Virus record (IMG/VR): IMGVR_UViG_3300033145_003233
Location: 1 to 64,000 of that record
DNA: 64,000 nucleotides
Reading direction: 5' to 3' (one strand)
Shown here: one piece after another, positions 17,820-27,961 of the stretch
Position numbering within the stretch: position 1 is the first letter of the stretch
How the letters are laid out: each line of letters begins with the position of its first letter
Notes under the pieces: generated by a model
Told to the model about the DNA's origin: nothing
Database searches by the model: none
Seen by the model: only the letters and a program-made list of their open reading frames with translations
Position numbers and translations under genes: made by a program

Positions 17820-18107
17820 TTATATAACTCTGTTAGTATGCAAACTAGGCATAGTTTTTAATTGTCTATCTTGTTCTCCAGAAGAGATGCCTCTACTTTC
17901 TAATTCTTTTCTATAAACTGATGCTTGATCAAAGTATTTACCTTCATTAACACTTATTCGAGATGCTTCAATAGCATCTTTTAAAGCTCCTAATAAAGAT
18001 CCTGTATCCATTTGTTTTGCCTTCTCTTCTTCTCGTTGAAAATCTACCTTAAATGGATCGTACCCTTCAAAAGTATTTGCATATTTTTTAGTAATAATTC
18101 TTTTCAT
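17820..18107 (-). CDS. Hypothetical head-region protein
   Basis: MKRIITKKYA N-terminus carries the K-x-A motif. Confidence 0.7.
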   Translation of the reverse strand: MKRIITKKYANTFEGYDPFKVDFQREEEKAKQMDTGSLLGALKDAIEASRISVNEGKYFDQASVYRKELESRGISSGEQDRQLKTMPSLHTNRVI

Positions 18108-18203
18108 TTATAATTTTGCCCCACAAGTAGGACATGTGCTCTTACTAGATGAAAAACAACTCCCACAACGAGAGCAGCAAACTGTATTCTTTTCTTCTTC
18201 CAT
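18108..18203 (-). CDS. Zn-ribbon microprotein (MEEEKNTVCCSRCG...CPTCGAKL); may start at 18266
   Basis: Hand-translated; two CxxCG knuckles; stop abuts the next ATG. Confidence 0.55.
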   Translation of the reverse strand: MEEEKNTVCCSRCGSCFSSSKSTCPTCGAKL

Positions 18204-18328
18204 TTGTTCTTTTCTTATTCCAAATGTGTATTTTCTATTATTTTTTTGGCCACATTTTAAAAACATATTCTGTTCTCCTACTTATAGACATTATATATTT
18301 GCAATATAAATAAAAAAATCCTCTATAT

Positions 18329-18544
18329 TTATATATAGATACGCTGAGCAGCAAATCGTCCTAACCCTATTTTTGACCCCTTAACAAAGATAGATATTGG
18401 GCCATTAAGAAATCCCTTAGAAATGATTTGAATTTTAGAACCTGGAATAATCCCCATTGAGATTAAACAATAAGAAAGACTGCCGTTCCCACCTATTCTG
18501 GAAACAACTCCTTTCTGGCCCTCCTCCATTTCAGCTAAACTCAA
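18329..18544 (-). CDS. feoA: FeoA-domain protein
   Basis: LAEMEEGQKGVVSRI...LISMGIIPGSKIQII...GPISIFVKGSKIGLG...AQRIYI is a full FeoA pattern. Confidence 0.85.
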   Translation of the reverse strand: MSLAEMEEGQKGVVSRIGGNGSLSYCLISMGIIPGSKIQIISKGFLNGPISIFVKGSKIGLGRFAAQRIYI

Positions 18545-18548
18545 TTCC

Positions 18549-18965
18549 TTATCCCTTAACGTGTCTTGGTATTTCTATGGCTGCTAACTGATCAACTGAA
18601 TATTTAGGGGCACCTTTCGGAAATGGTATCCCCCATTTTTCAGAAGTATGACTTAAAGCTGCTACAGATGTAGTAAAATATTCTCCGCTAGGAGCATAAA
18701 CTTTTTTTGTTGGATCATCAGGTAATTTTTTTATTCCAGCAAAAAACATTTTCTTTCCTTCTTTGGTTAACGAAGGTCCCATAATTACAAAATAATCTGA
18801 ATCAGTTGTATAATCATGTCCTTCCCATCTTATATATGACAAAGGCCCTATGTCTTTATCAAATCTCTCTTTTAGCCTTTTAGACCTCTCATGATAAGCT
18901 GGTTCCCATTTAATTCCTCTATCTTTGATTCTTTTTCTACCAGCATATTTTAATATATTAGTCAT
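18549..18965 (-). CDS. Hypothetical protein downstream of portal
   Basis: Overlaps portal stop; MTNILKYAG. Confidence 0.75.
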   Translation of the reverse strand: MTNILKYAGRKRIKDRGIKWEPAYHERSKRLKERFDKDIGPLSYIRWEGHDYTTDSDYFVIMGPSLTKEGKKMFFAGIKKLPDDPTKKVYAPSGEYFTTSVAALSHTSEKWGIPFPKGAPKYSVDQLAAIEIPRHVKG

Positions 18966-21243
18966 TAGCTACATTCCCTATACATAAAATCTGACCATGT
19001 GGAATAGATGTTCTATTACATCCTATCTTGCCCTTCGAAAGACAAGCCTCGTATTGAGGATTATTCCCATTTATAGAAGCATACTTGATAAATTCTTTAT
19101 CTTCACTCGCTGCCTTATGGTTTCTTGCTGCTTCAGATATATGTTTAAAAACAGTATCAGATACAGTATCCATATTTTCATTAATAGCTTCTTCATTAAA
19201 TCTCAAAATTCTCCATCCAACATTCGCCAACTTCTGATCTCTATTTAAATCTCTTTGTTGAAAATCCTCTCTTTCATGCCAAATAGCTCCATCAATCTCT
19301 ACCCCAACTCCTATCCTAGGATAGGCGAAATCAATAGAATAAGGCCTCCCTTCCCCTGGAACCTTGATTTGATACTGAGCATATAATTCATAAGGTTGTT
19401 TCAAAGAAGTTAAAACCTTAAACATCTTTTGCTCTAACTTTGTTAATTTTATCATTTTAGGAGGTGGACCTTGTTCTTCTTCTTGTTGTTGCTGACTTTG
19501 TGATCCTCTTTTTCCTATCTTAGGCAAAGGAGTTTCAGCAGAAGCGGCCATACCCATACCGCCACCCATACCACCGCCCATACCTCCACCCATGCCGCCT
19601 CCCATGCCGCCTCCCATGCCGCCGCCCATATCTCCTCCTGCTCCAGGCATGCCTCCCATGCCTTCTCCTCCCATATCCGCTGGCATACCGCCCATACCTG
19701 CGCCCATGCCCATCGTCCCTAAATTACCAGCCTGATCTCCACCAGCAACCATACCGCTAGCAGATGCCATTATCTGCTCCTGTCTTATTTTCTCTACCTC
19801 AGAATCATAATCTAAATCTAATTCATCTAAAATTGTCTCAGCAGAAACCAGACCTTTATCATAACATTGTAACAATGTCTGTATTCTGTTGGTTTTATCT
19901 CTAAGTTGTAAATCATTCCATATTAATTCAGGATAAAGATAAACAACCTTTCCCATTTCTTTTGATTCTTTTTCATCTATAAATCCCTGCATCATAGCAA
20001 GAGGTAAAAAGACATTTTTCTCTACCCATAATTTTAATTTATTTCTCCAGTTGTCTAATCTTCTGATAAGAACCTCTACACCAACCTGAGCACTTGTATA
20101 ACCAGCCATTTCTCCATTTAGAATTGCCTGATTCAACATTAAACCATCTAAAATTTCTTTCCCGACTTGCTCTAACTCTTGTGTTATATTATGAATCTTA
20201 CCTGTAGCTCCATACCACTCATAATCAAAAGCATGATGAGTAACAATTGTAAGATTAGGATCATTAGCAACAGCAGACAATTGATTCTGAACATCTTGCA
20301 AATCATTATCTGTAGCAGGACGATCTTTATCACCTATTTTAACAACTCTAACCGGAAGAATCAATCTCTCAGCAACAATCCAGTTGGCAGTCATAATTTT
20401 AGTTTTATATGCTAAAACAGTAAATAATCTCTGAAGCATAGAAGTGCCATAAGTTCCATAATCGCTTGCATTATGCTTTAAATGACTGATACACCTATCT
20501 GATAATGGAACAGGCTGACCAGTAGCAACTAGGTCGACTAGAGATTGTGGCAAACTATCATAAATACTTCTGGGTTCTTTTCTCTGTACAATCAATTTTA
20601 ATTCTTCATCAGGCATTAAATAATATTCAGGATTATTAGCAATAGGATTATCTCTTACTTCTATATAATCAGGATTCATTAATTTTATGGTTTTAAATTT
20701 ACCATCCGGATGATTGCATTTCTCTCCCTTTTCATCCCTACCTCTACCCCCGCAATGAGGACAATCAATTTCTGTAAATGGGAAAACATCTCCCAATAAA
20801 AAATATTCATGACTAACGCTATTTAATTTATCTGTAAGATCTAAAGTCTTTACCATATCTTCGAAAAATTTTAGTATCTTTCTAGACTTACATTCTAATT
20901 TAAAACCATTCATACTAAAATTAGCATAAAAATCTACTCCTGCTGCCACCTTAGGTTCATTCATATAGTAGAACCTAGCCCATTGCATAATCTCTCTTCT
21001 TCTACTAGCAATCTGCCAGTTTTGAGGAGTATGTAAAGGACTAAAGAACATAGGTTGCGTCCATGCAACACTAGCTCCAGCTCCAGCGTATTGAGCATTT
21101 TTAGTAATAGGAAAATTAGCAGTTACGGATGACGCATATTTTTTATTAGCTCTTGGTCCACTTGATGAATTATAAGCTCCAGAAGCCGCCACCATTCTTT
21201 GTTTGTTTTTAGGTGAATTATCTGATACAATGAATTTAGCCAT
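18958..21243 (-). CDS. Portal protein with Gly-Met linker and C-terminal DUF559 (Vsr-like) nuclease domain
   Basis: Portal-like core (NPDYI; HLKHNA...YGTSML; LILPVRVVKIG) in head-module position; IDFAYP..GVEIDGAIWH...RDQKLANVGWRILRF is a DUF559 signature. Confidence 0.78.
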   Translation of the reverse strand: MAKFIVSDNSPKNKQRMVAASGAYNSSSGPRANKKYASSVTANFPITKNAQYAGAGASVAWTQPMFFSPLHTPQNWQIASRRREIMQWARFYYMNEPKVAAGVDFYANFSMNGFKLECKSRKILKFFEDMVKTLDLTDKLNSVSHEYFLLGDVFPFTEIDCPHCGGRGRDEKGEKCNHPDGKFKTIKLMNPDYIEVRDNPIANNPEYYLMPDEELKLIVQRKEPRSIYDSLPQSLVDLVATGQPVPLSDRCISHLKHNASDYGTYGTSMLQRLFTVLAYKTKIMTANWIVAERLILPVRVVKIGDKDRPATDNDLQDVQNQLSAVANDPNLTIVTHHAFDYEWYGATGKIHNITQELEQVGKEILDGLMLNQAILNGEMAGYTSAQVGVEVLIRRLDNWRNKLKLWVEKNVFLPLAMMQGFIDEKESKEMGKVVYLYPELIWNDLQLRDKTNRIQTLLQCYDKGLVSAETILDELDLDYDSEVEKIRQEQIMASASGMVAGGDQAGNLGTMGMGAGMGGMPADMGGEGMGGMPGAGGDMGGGMGGGMGGGMGGGMGGGMGGGMGMAASAETPLPKIGKRGSQSQQQQEEEQGPPPKMIKLTKLEQKMFKVLTSLKQPYELYAQYQIKVPGEGRPYSIDFAYPRIGVGVEIDGAIWHEREDFQQRDLNRDQKLANVGWRILRFNEEAINENMDTVSDTVFKHISEAARNHKAASEDKEFIKYASINGNNPQYEACLSKGKIGCNRTSIPHGQILCIGNVAND

Positions 21244-21260
21244 TTTTTATCCTATGAATT

Positions 21261-21941
21261 TTAACCATCTATTTCTAGGTCTCGACAAGATTTCATTACT
21301 TCTTCTTTTCTATCGACAAAATGACGCATAAATCTTTTTGGTTCTAAACATTGATTAAATGGATCTGAAACAAAAACATCTTTTGCTGTTGAGTCATCTT
21401 GCTCAGCATTGTCTTTATCTTTTTTCTTTCTTTTTAAAGAATCTTTGCTTTGAGCAGCCCTAGAAAGATATGGATTTACAAATACATCTCGATTTGTTCC
21501 AAATGGAGATGGAGATTCTCCCTTATCTGGAACTTTTCTCTGATATGGTTTTCCTTTAGAGATTTGAGTCTGTCCACAATTATGACAAACTTTTTCTTTT
21601 TCATTCAATGCTGAGCCGCACCATTTACAAGTAGTAATAGGTTGAACTGGATCAGGATCTCCAGGATATTTGATAGGTTTAAGACCTAATTCCTTCATAT
21701 CTTTAAGTTGAGCAAAAGTAGCAAGACCATGCTTATGTCTGATTTGATTAATTTCTTTTTTAAGTTTATCTAGAACTTCAGGAGAAACATTGTTTTGTTG
21801 TGCTGATGATTCTAAACTACCCATCATAAAATTATATTTTGCAACATCATCGCCTATTGAAAGAAATGGGCCAATCCAATCCCATAGATTAGCATATCTG
21901 ATTAGCTTTTTTTTTTGGCCTCTGCTTGTTTGCCCTTGCAA
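21261..21941 (-). CDS. Hypothetical protein with Zn ribbon
   Basis: CKWCG...CHNCG. Confidence 0.7.
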   Translation of the reverse strand: MQGQTSRGQKKKLIRYANLWDWIGPFLSIGDDVAKYNFMMGSLESSAQQNNVSPEVLDKLKKEINQIRHKHGLATFAQLKDMKELGLKPIKYPGDPDPVQPITTCKWCGSALNEKEKVCHNCGQTQISKGKPYQRKVPDKGESPSPFGTNRDVFVNPYLSRAAQSKDSLKRKKKDKDNAEQDDSTAKDVFVSDPFNQCLEPKRFMRHFVDRKEEVMKSCRDLEIDG

Positions 21942-23266
21942 AAATGAGAATGCCTAGGAGACCACTGTTCTCCACAATGGTCGCATATTCTTTTTCCCGA
22001 TCTATCTATACTAGTCCCAGGTAACTTGTCTGGCATGTATTTTTTATTTTCTTCCGCTTGAGCCTCTTTCCAGTTAAAAGGTTTTGTCTTATCAACTAAT
22101 GGGCTACCAGGAATATCTCCTTTTGACCTTGCCGTTTGCAAGCGAGCCTCTGTGTTCCCATATTCTGGGAGAATTGGTTTTCTAAGTTGTCCAGGTTTTA
22201 ATTGATAATTACTAGTTTCTGGAATATTCTTATCTACTTCAAATCTCTTTTGAATATAGCCGCCTACCCAATTACCACTAGCATCTCTATATGAACGATA
22301 ATATTTATCCATAACATTTTCACGCCATATAGTTTCATAATCTATATTCCAAACATCATCTACAACAAGGCCAAAGCCCTTGTTTCTCTCAACTATATGC
22401 CAATCAGAAACAGGTTGGTGTAAAAATGGATCTATTCTTGATTGTTCTGGTCCCCATAAGATAGCATTATCCAAAGATTTGTGTTGTGCTGTTTTTTTAA
22501 GATTAAATTTTTTCTTTTTATTTTTATTAGCAGTTTTCTTTGCTATTTTTTTTAATATATTTTCTACATCTCCGAATTCATTTAATCGAGCAGGGATACC
22601 CTGTTCTTCTTCTGCTTTTAAACTTCCTGGTAAAGTATCAAAAATTTGACCTGCTATTCTTTCAATAGCTCTTGAATCACCCATAGGATCTGATACTGCA
22701 CTATAAAAAGTTTCTACCAGCTCTTTAGAAGTATCTGCCCTTCCTGAGCCATCATCATGTTGAGCGATAAGTTGTTGTGCCCCTCTTAAATCTACCTCAC
22801 TAGTTAGCCATTTTTGCACATCTGCTCCGTTAGAAAATTTTCTTTCTCCAGTATCATCCATCATCGCCCTTTGATCACCCATCATTTCAGAACTATCATT
22901 TAATCCCATTGGGTCCATAGGGAAAGGAGCTTCCTGAGCCTTTTTTAAATTAAAAGGTTTAGTCATTTTACTTTCCTTTTTAGCTGTCTTAATATTAGAC
23001 GGTTTTGTTTCTTGTAGAACTTGACTCAATTGATCTTCAGCATTCTCCATTGTTTGAGCTGGAGCTACCGCATCTTCTACTTGTGTAGAGTTGGCCCATT
23101 TATCATATTCTGCCATAACCCCCATCGCCCCTCCTAATTGAGCAACCATATCTGCCATAGTAGAAACATTGGGATCATTCTTATAAAGAGTATTCCACAG
23201 ATATTTAGCGGCTATCGGATTAACCCCAGTAGGAATAGACATCATATCCATATCCATTGTATTCAT
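21902..23266 (-). CDS. Hypothetical head-associated protein, K-x-A motif rich
   Basis: IKTAK, FNLKKAQ, FNLKKTAQ and FNWKEAQ; terminal Zn ribbon. Confidence 0.8.
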   Translation of the reverse strand: MNTMDMDMMSIPTGVNPIAAKYLWNTLYKNDPNVSTMADMVAQLGGAMGVMAEYDKWANSTQVEDAVAPAQTMENAEDQLSQVLQETKPSNIKTAKKESKMTKPFNLKKAQEAPFPMDPMGLNDSSEMMGDQRAMMDDTGERKFSNGADVQKWLTSEVDLRGAQQLIAQHDDGSGRADTSKELVETFYSAVSDPMGDSRAIERIAGQIFDTLPGSLKAEEEQGIPARLNEFGDVENILKKIAKKTANKNKKKKFNLKKTAQHKSLDNAILWGPEQSRIDPFLHQPVSDWHIVERNKGFGLVVDDVWNIDYETIWRENVMDKYYRSYRDASGNWVGGYIQKRFEVDKNIPETSNYQLKPGQLRKPILPEYGNTEARLQTARSKGDIPGSPLVDKTKPFNWKEAQAEENKKYMPDKLPGTSIDRSGKRICDHCGEQWSPRHSHFCKGKQAEAKKKS

Positions 23267-23307
23267 AAAACTTTGTGCTTTTTTTATTTTAAGATTAAAA
23301 ATTATTA

Positions 23308-23979
23308 TTACTCCGGCTTCTTTGTTAATTGGTCAAAATAACCAGCTATTAAATCTTTAGAAGAAAGAGATTTCCCTCCACCTCTCCAAGAATCATCTTT
23401 TTGACCTTTTCTATTCTGAACATCTTCTGAAACTTTTTCTCCCTCTGTTTTATCTGCTACTCTAGCAAAATCTTTTGTATCAAATATGCTCATATTATTT
23501 ACAGGATTTTTATAATTACTCCCCGCATAATATCCTTGAGGAGAAACTGAAGAACCCTTAGTTTGATCTGTGCCTGACAGTTTTTCTACCATATCTGCCA
23601 TTCTTTTCTGTTCTGCTTCTCTTTTATTAGTAGCAATCTGTTCTTTCTCTTGAATAGTTTTTGTTTTATTGTCTATTTCTTGAGACAATCTTGCAGTTTT
23701 ATCACTATCCCACAAAGTATTAGAAGTTTCGCTTTTAATATATTTTGTTGGGCCTCCCTTATCAGTAATCTCTCCCGTAACGGCAGAGCTAATATGGTGA
23801 GATGTCATAAGCCCGTTATCTTTATTATTCAACTTTTTTGCTTTTTGCTCTTCCATCACTTGCTCTATTGTTTTTTCTGGCTTAGCTTCTGATTGTTTAG
23901 CAGGTTCGGGAGAACCTTCTCCCTCTGTAAACTTAATTTTATGTTGATCTGACATTCTTTGAAGCATATTATTCTCCAA
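23308..23979 (-). CDS. Hypothetical protein
   Basis: Long ORF in operon. Confidence 0.75.
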   Translation of the reverse strand: MENNMLQRMSDQHKIKFTEGEGSPEPAKQSEAKPEKTIEQVMEEQKAKKLNNKDNGLMTSHHISSAVTGEITDKGGPTKYIKSETSNTLWDSDKTARLSQEIDNKTKTIQEKEQIATNKREAEQKRMADMVEKLSGTDQTKGSSVSPQGYYAGSNYKNPVNNMSIFDTKDFARVADKTEGEKVSEDVQNRKGQKDDSWRGGGKSLSSKDLIAGYFDQLTKKPE

Positions 23980-24727
23980 TCGCTTTCTTTAGTTCACTAA
24001 CTATTTTGTCCTTCTGCTCTTTTATCATCTCTCTATGGGTAAAAGCTCTAACTACTGGCTTCTTTTCTTCTATCCCACCGCTGCTACTGCCGCCTCCTGG
24101 TTGGCCTCCTTTATCTGGCCTGCCATATACTTGATCAAGACTATCTCTACTCATTTCTAAATCCTCAGGGCCAGCCAGATTAGCAGAAGTAAATTTAATA
24201 GTCCACTTCCCTCCAGCACGATCTGCTCCATTAAAATTAAGCCCAAAGGTTTGATTTACTTCATGAGCTATTTCTTTAAGCTCTTCATTCTCGATAGTAT
24301 CAGTAAAGCCTTTTTCATCAGGATATTTTTTATCAGGAAGAACCACTTCAATATCTTTAACTCCTTCAGGAGACACAGATTCTTTTACAAATTCTGTCTT
24401 AAATTCTTGTAACCTACGACCAGGATAGCCGTAATTTTGAAGTTTCTCAAAAATATAAGAAGTTAGGGTTTTTCTTCCTTTTTCTTTAGAAGATAGTTGT
24501 TCTTCTTCTCCTGGAGTGAGACTAACATCATCATTAACGCCAGTCCCAACATCATTGGTAACATCTTCTTCCATAGCTTGCCCAGTCTCCAGAGACTGTT
24601 CAGGACCCGCAGAACGAGGACCTGCACCTTCTTCTGCAACAGAAGGAACACCATACCCTCCCGATAATGGGTTAGGATAATTTTGAGCGACCATTACACG
24701 CGCCTTGCCGCTTGGAACAATAGACAT
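23969..24727 (-). CDS. Hypothetical acidic protein
   Basis: Long ORF in operon, overlapping the next start. Confidence 0.75.
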   Translation of the reverse strand: MSIVPSGKARVMVAQNYPNPLSGGYGVPSVAEEGAGPRSAGPEQSLETGQAMEEDVTNDVGTGVNDDVSLTPGEEEQLSSKEKGRKTLTSYIFEKLQNYGYPGRRLQEFKTEFVKESVSPEGVKDIEVVLPDKKYPDEKGFTDTIENEELKEIAHEVNQTFGLNFNGADRAGGKWTIKFTSANLAGPEDLEMSRDSLDQVYGRPDKGGQPGGGSSSGGIEEKKPVVRAFTHREMIKEQKDKIVSELKKAIGE

Positions 24728-24762
24728 AACATCAACTCCATTATTAAAGTATTATTTTATGA

Positions 24763-25557
24763 TTATTTGTCAGAAACAAGAGCGTTTACGTAATCATCAC
24801 CAAAAAGTTGTCTCCAATAAGTTGTTAAGAAAGACTTATTCTTTGAGTCAAGATTAGCGAATCTTACGAATTGTGTCTTTTTAGAAGCTTCTTTATCATC
24901 TTCACCATCACTGCAATCTTTTGTGTCATCTTTTTTGCCGTCTTTTTTGCCTTTAATTTTATCTTGCACAGCTTGTGGAAGATCCTCTAAAGCAGCTTCC
25001 TTAATCTCTTCATCATCATCATCCTTGTCCTTCTTAGCTTCCTTAGTCTCTTCTTCATCATCATCCTTCTTAGCTTCTTTGGTCTCTTCTTCGTCATCAT
25101 CTTTCTTAGCTTCCTTCTTCTCTTCTTCTTCATCGTCATCTTTACACTTTTCACAACCCGCTACCTTAACATCTCCCTTGGTTGATCCACCTTTTTCTTC
25201 CTTAGAAGGAGTCTTTGGATCATTAGTAAACTTTTCCGAACCCTCTGCCTTTGGTTGACCTGAATCTTGAGCCTCATCCGGCTCATCGGTCTTAGCTTTA
25301 GCAGATTTGCCTTCATCTTTACCTTCTTTTTTAGCACTTGGACCTGCTTTAGGCATAGTCGTTGACTCTCCTGTTTGATGTAAAGGTTCGACATCGAGCT
25401 GACCACTAGAATCGGCCTCTTCTTGCTCTGCCGCAACTTTTACGTTCTTTTCTTCTACAGCAGCAGTTTTAATTTGATGTTCTTCTCTATACTGCTTTAC
25501 AAAATCCTCAAAACGTGGAGCTTTGCCTGTCTTGATTTTATTAGTGATAAACTGCAT
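24763..25557 (-). CDS. Highly charged scaffold/core-like protein with (KKDDDEEETKEA)n repeats
   Basis: 36-nt tandem units at about 25010-25140; multiple K-T/V/E-A motifs; AGGAG SD. Confidence 0.75.
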   Translation of the reverse strand: MQFITNKIKTGKAPRFEDFVKQYREEHQIKTAAVEEKNVKVAAEQEEADSSGQLDVEPLHQTGESTTMPKAGPSAKKEGKDEGKSAKAKTDEPDEAQDSGQPKAEGSEKFTNDPKTPSKEEKGGSTKGDVKVAGCEKCKDDDEEEEKKEAKKDDDEEETKEAKKDDDEEETKEAKKDKDDDDEEIKEAALEDLPQAVQDKIKGKKDGKKDDTKDCSDGEDDKEASKKTQFVRFANLDSKNKSFLTTYWRQLFGDDYVNALVSDK

Positions 25558-25642
25558 TATATCATTCTCCTTTTAAATATTCTTAATCTTAAAATTTTAC
25601 ACCTTTATAATTTGCACTTAATTTATAAAAAAACCTTTATTT

Positions 25643-27538
25643 TTATTTATATTTAGATATACCAGCTCCCTGACCCCTACCTCTAATAGTATTAACTAGA
25701 GTGCTAAGATATTTATACATCTCTGGATCTGCCACTAATAATTCCAAATCTGCTGTCTTATCCCCTGTTAATTTATATTTAGCAATAGATTCTTCTGGAG
25801 TTGATTGTAAACTTTGAGCACTATCTTGACCGAACTCTCCCGCTTCCGCTGGAGCAGATACTTGGCCTTCTCCCCCCATATCAACAGATGGTCTATCTGA
25901 GTCAGGAATATTATAAACTGAATTCATAGCCATATTAACACCATTAAGAACTTTTACCGCATTATCATAAATACCCTGATAAGTAATCCCTCCTTGTCCC
26001 CAAGCCGCATTGCTTTGATTCACTACTTCCTGTAAATTACTAATAGCCGGTTGAAGAATTTGTTGAGTTCTTGGATTTTCTTGAGAAATAAGACCCCCCA
26101 TCCAAGTAAGCATCTCCCCTGCTTCACTAACAATATCCTGATATTCTGTGTAAACGTTTCTTTGTAAATCGTTTGTAACTTGTGCAGTTTGAACTTGTCT
26201 GGTAGATCTAACATTTTTTTGAATCAAATTAACTAATCTATTAGCCCTATTAGCTAAATTCTGCAACTTCTTAATCAAAGTTCCTTTTCTAGCAACTAAA
26301 TTACCTACCCAGTTAGATATACCCTTTCCGACATCCTTCACTGTGTCCCATAACCCAGCTTCTTTTAATAAACCTATAGAAATATCTGCTAGCTTATCTC
26401 CAAGTTCTGTATATCCATTTTCTTTTAGAGATTCTGCTAAATTTGTTAAATTAGCCGAACTTTCTACAATTAAATCTGTATGTTTTTTTGATTCTTCTTC
26501 TATAGTAGCATAAATAGCTTGTGGAGTTGTAAGCCCTTCTTTCACTCTTCCTTCTATTTTCGTAATAAAGAGTTTATTCCACCCTTTTTCTTCTTTTTCG
26601 CTTAATTTAATTTTTTTCTTTTCTTTTGTGGCATATTTTTCCCATCCACTCTTGTCGTTATTAATGGAATTTTTATATTCTTCCCAGCATTCCATCCATA
26701 CTTCTTGTGCAGGAGTTTCTGGCTTAGTGGTTCTTTTGCTTCTATAACAATTATCCCAGCATCTCCTGTTTCTTAGCCAATATCCTTGGACTCCGACATA
26801 TTGTGCTATTTTTAAATTAGCCAATGCTCTATGAGCATCTTTAACTACCTCTGCTGATTTTTTCATCCCGTTCTTTTGTAATTTATCTATTGCAAAATCT
26901 AATTCTTTATTTATTATCATGGCTTTTATCCCTTTTCCGGATTGTGGCATAACTCTCATTCTTTCTCTAAATTCTTTCCCTGGAAATATATAATTAACAA
27001 TATTAGGAACTATAAAAGCCCTAATATGTCTCACAGATCTATCAAAAGTAACTAGGATTAAATTGCCATTCTTGGCAGGATACATATAATGGGGTTCAAT
27101 TATCCTTGTTATTGATGCCCCAGTTCCTAATCCTATTTCTCTTTTTAGCTTTCTGCCTCCTCGACTTTTTGTTCTTCCCTGAGTTATATAATTAATTCTT
27201 ACTACTTTATTATTATCAATAGCCCACTTCATTGCTTCTTCTGTACTTCCAAACTCAGGAAGTCTTTCATCTGTAATCTCTGGTTCTTCATATGGTTCCT
27301 CAACAACAGGAGCTTCTTCAAAATTATCGGCTAAATATTCACCTACATTTTCATCACCTATTTCTACAACAGGGACTTCTCCCCTTTCTAATGCATCATA
27401 ATCAATAGCATCTACATCCTTGGACATATAGTTTTTATAATCGCTAATGGTGTCATCGCCAAAAAAATCATACAACTCATCAAAGTTGGTTCCTTCCACA
27501 AAACTAGCGATACTCAATGCTGTATTAATAATTCTCAT
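25643..27538 (-). CDS. Multidomain protein with WYL-like domain and Cys/Trp-rich central motif
   Basis: AIDNNKVVRINY...RIIEPHY...LVTFDRSVRHIRAFIVPNI resembles WYL; GYWLRNRRCWDNCYR...WMECW. Confidence 0.65.
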   Translation of the reverse strand: MRIINTALSIASFVEGTNFDELYDFFGDDTISDYKNYMSKDVDAIDYDALERGEVPVVEIGDENVGEYLADNFEEAPVVEEPYEEPEITDERLPEFGSTEEAMKWAIDNNKVVRINYITQGRTKSRGGRKLKREIGLGTGASITRIIEPHYMYPAKNGNLILVTFDRSVRHIRAFIVPNIVNYIFPGKEFRERMRVMPQSGKGIKAMIINKELDFAIDKLQKNGMKKSAEVVKDAHRALANLKIAQYVGVQGYWLRNRRCWDNCYRSKRTTKPETPAQEVWMECWEEYKNSINNDKSGWEKYATKEKKKIKLSEKEEKGWNKLFITKIEGRVKEGLTTPQAIYATIEEESKKHTDLIVESSANLTNLAESLKENGYTELGDKLADISIGLLKEAGLWDTVKDVGKGISNWVGNLVARKGTLIKKLQNLANRANRLVNLIQKNVRSTRQVQTAQVTNDLQRNVYTEYQDIVSEAGEMLTWMGGLISQENPRTQQILQPAISNLQEVVNQSNAAWGQGGITYQGIYDNAVKVLNGVNMAMNSVYNIPDSDRPSVDMGGEGQVSAPAEAGEFGQDSAQSLQSTPEESIAKYKLTGDKTADLELLVADPEMYKYLSTLVNTIRGRGQGAGISKYK

Positions 27539-27584
27539 TAACTCATTCTTTTATATTTATAAAAAACAGCCAAATTCCTTGATT

Positions 27585-27944
27585 TTATTTTTCCTTTATA
27601 ATTTTGTCCAATCTAGACAGTTCTATAGGAGAGATATTAAAACCATCTAAGTCCCCTATAGGAATTGGCTCAAAATCTATTTCTACTTCTTCCATTAAAA
27701 ACTGAGAATATTCTGCACGGAACTTCTCCTCTTCTTCGTCCTTAACCTTGTACCCATCTTTATCATTCCCTACTCCATATTTCTTGACTAAATCAGTTCG
27801 TGATTTTTCTATCATTACTAATTCTTTAGAACAAGCGCTCATAAGTCTGGACAACCGATATGATGTTTTAACCGGCAATTCTAACGTAATTAATTTCGAC
27901 ATGTTCTTTCCTATAGCTCTAATTTCAGCTAATGTAAACTTCAT
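27585..27944 (-). CDS. Conserved phage protein (DUF1617-like)
   Basis: LPVKTSYRLSR...LVKKYG...EEVEIDF pattern. Confidence 0.55.
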   Translation of the reverse strand: MKFTLAEIRAIGKNMSKLITLELPVKTSYRLSRLMSACSKELVMIEKSRTDLVKKYGVGNDKDGYKVKDEEEEKFRAEYSQFLMEEVEIDFEPIPIGDLDGFNISPIELSRLDKIIKEK

Positions 27945-27961
27945 ATTTAACTCCTTATTTC

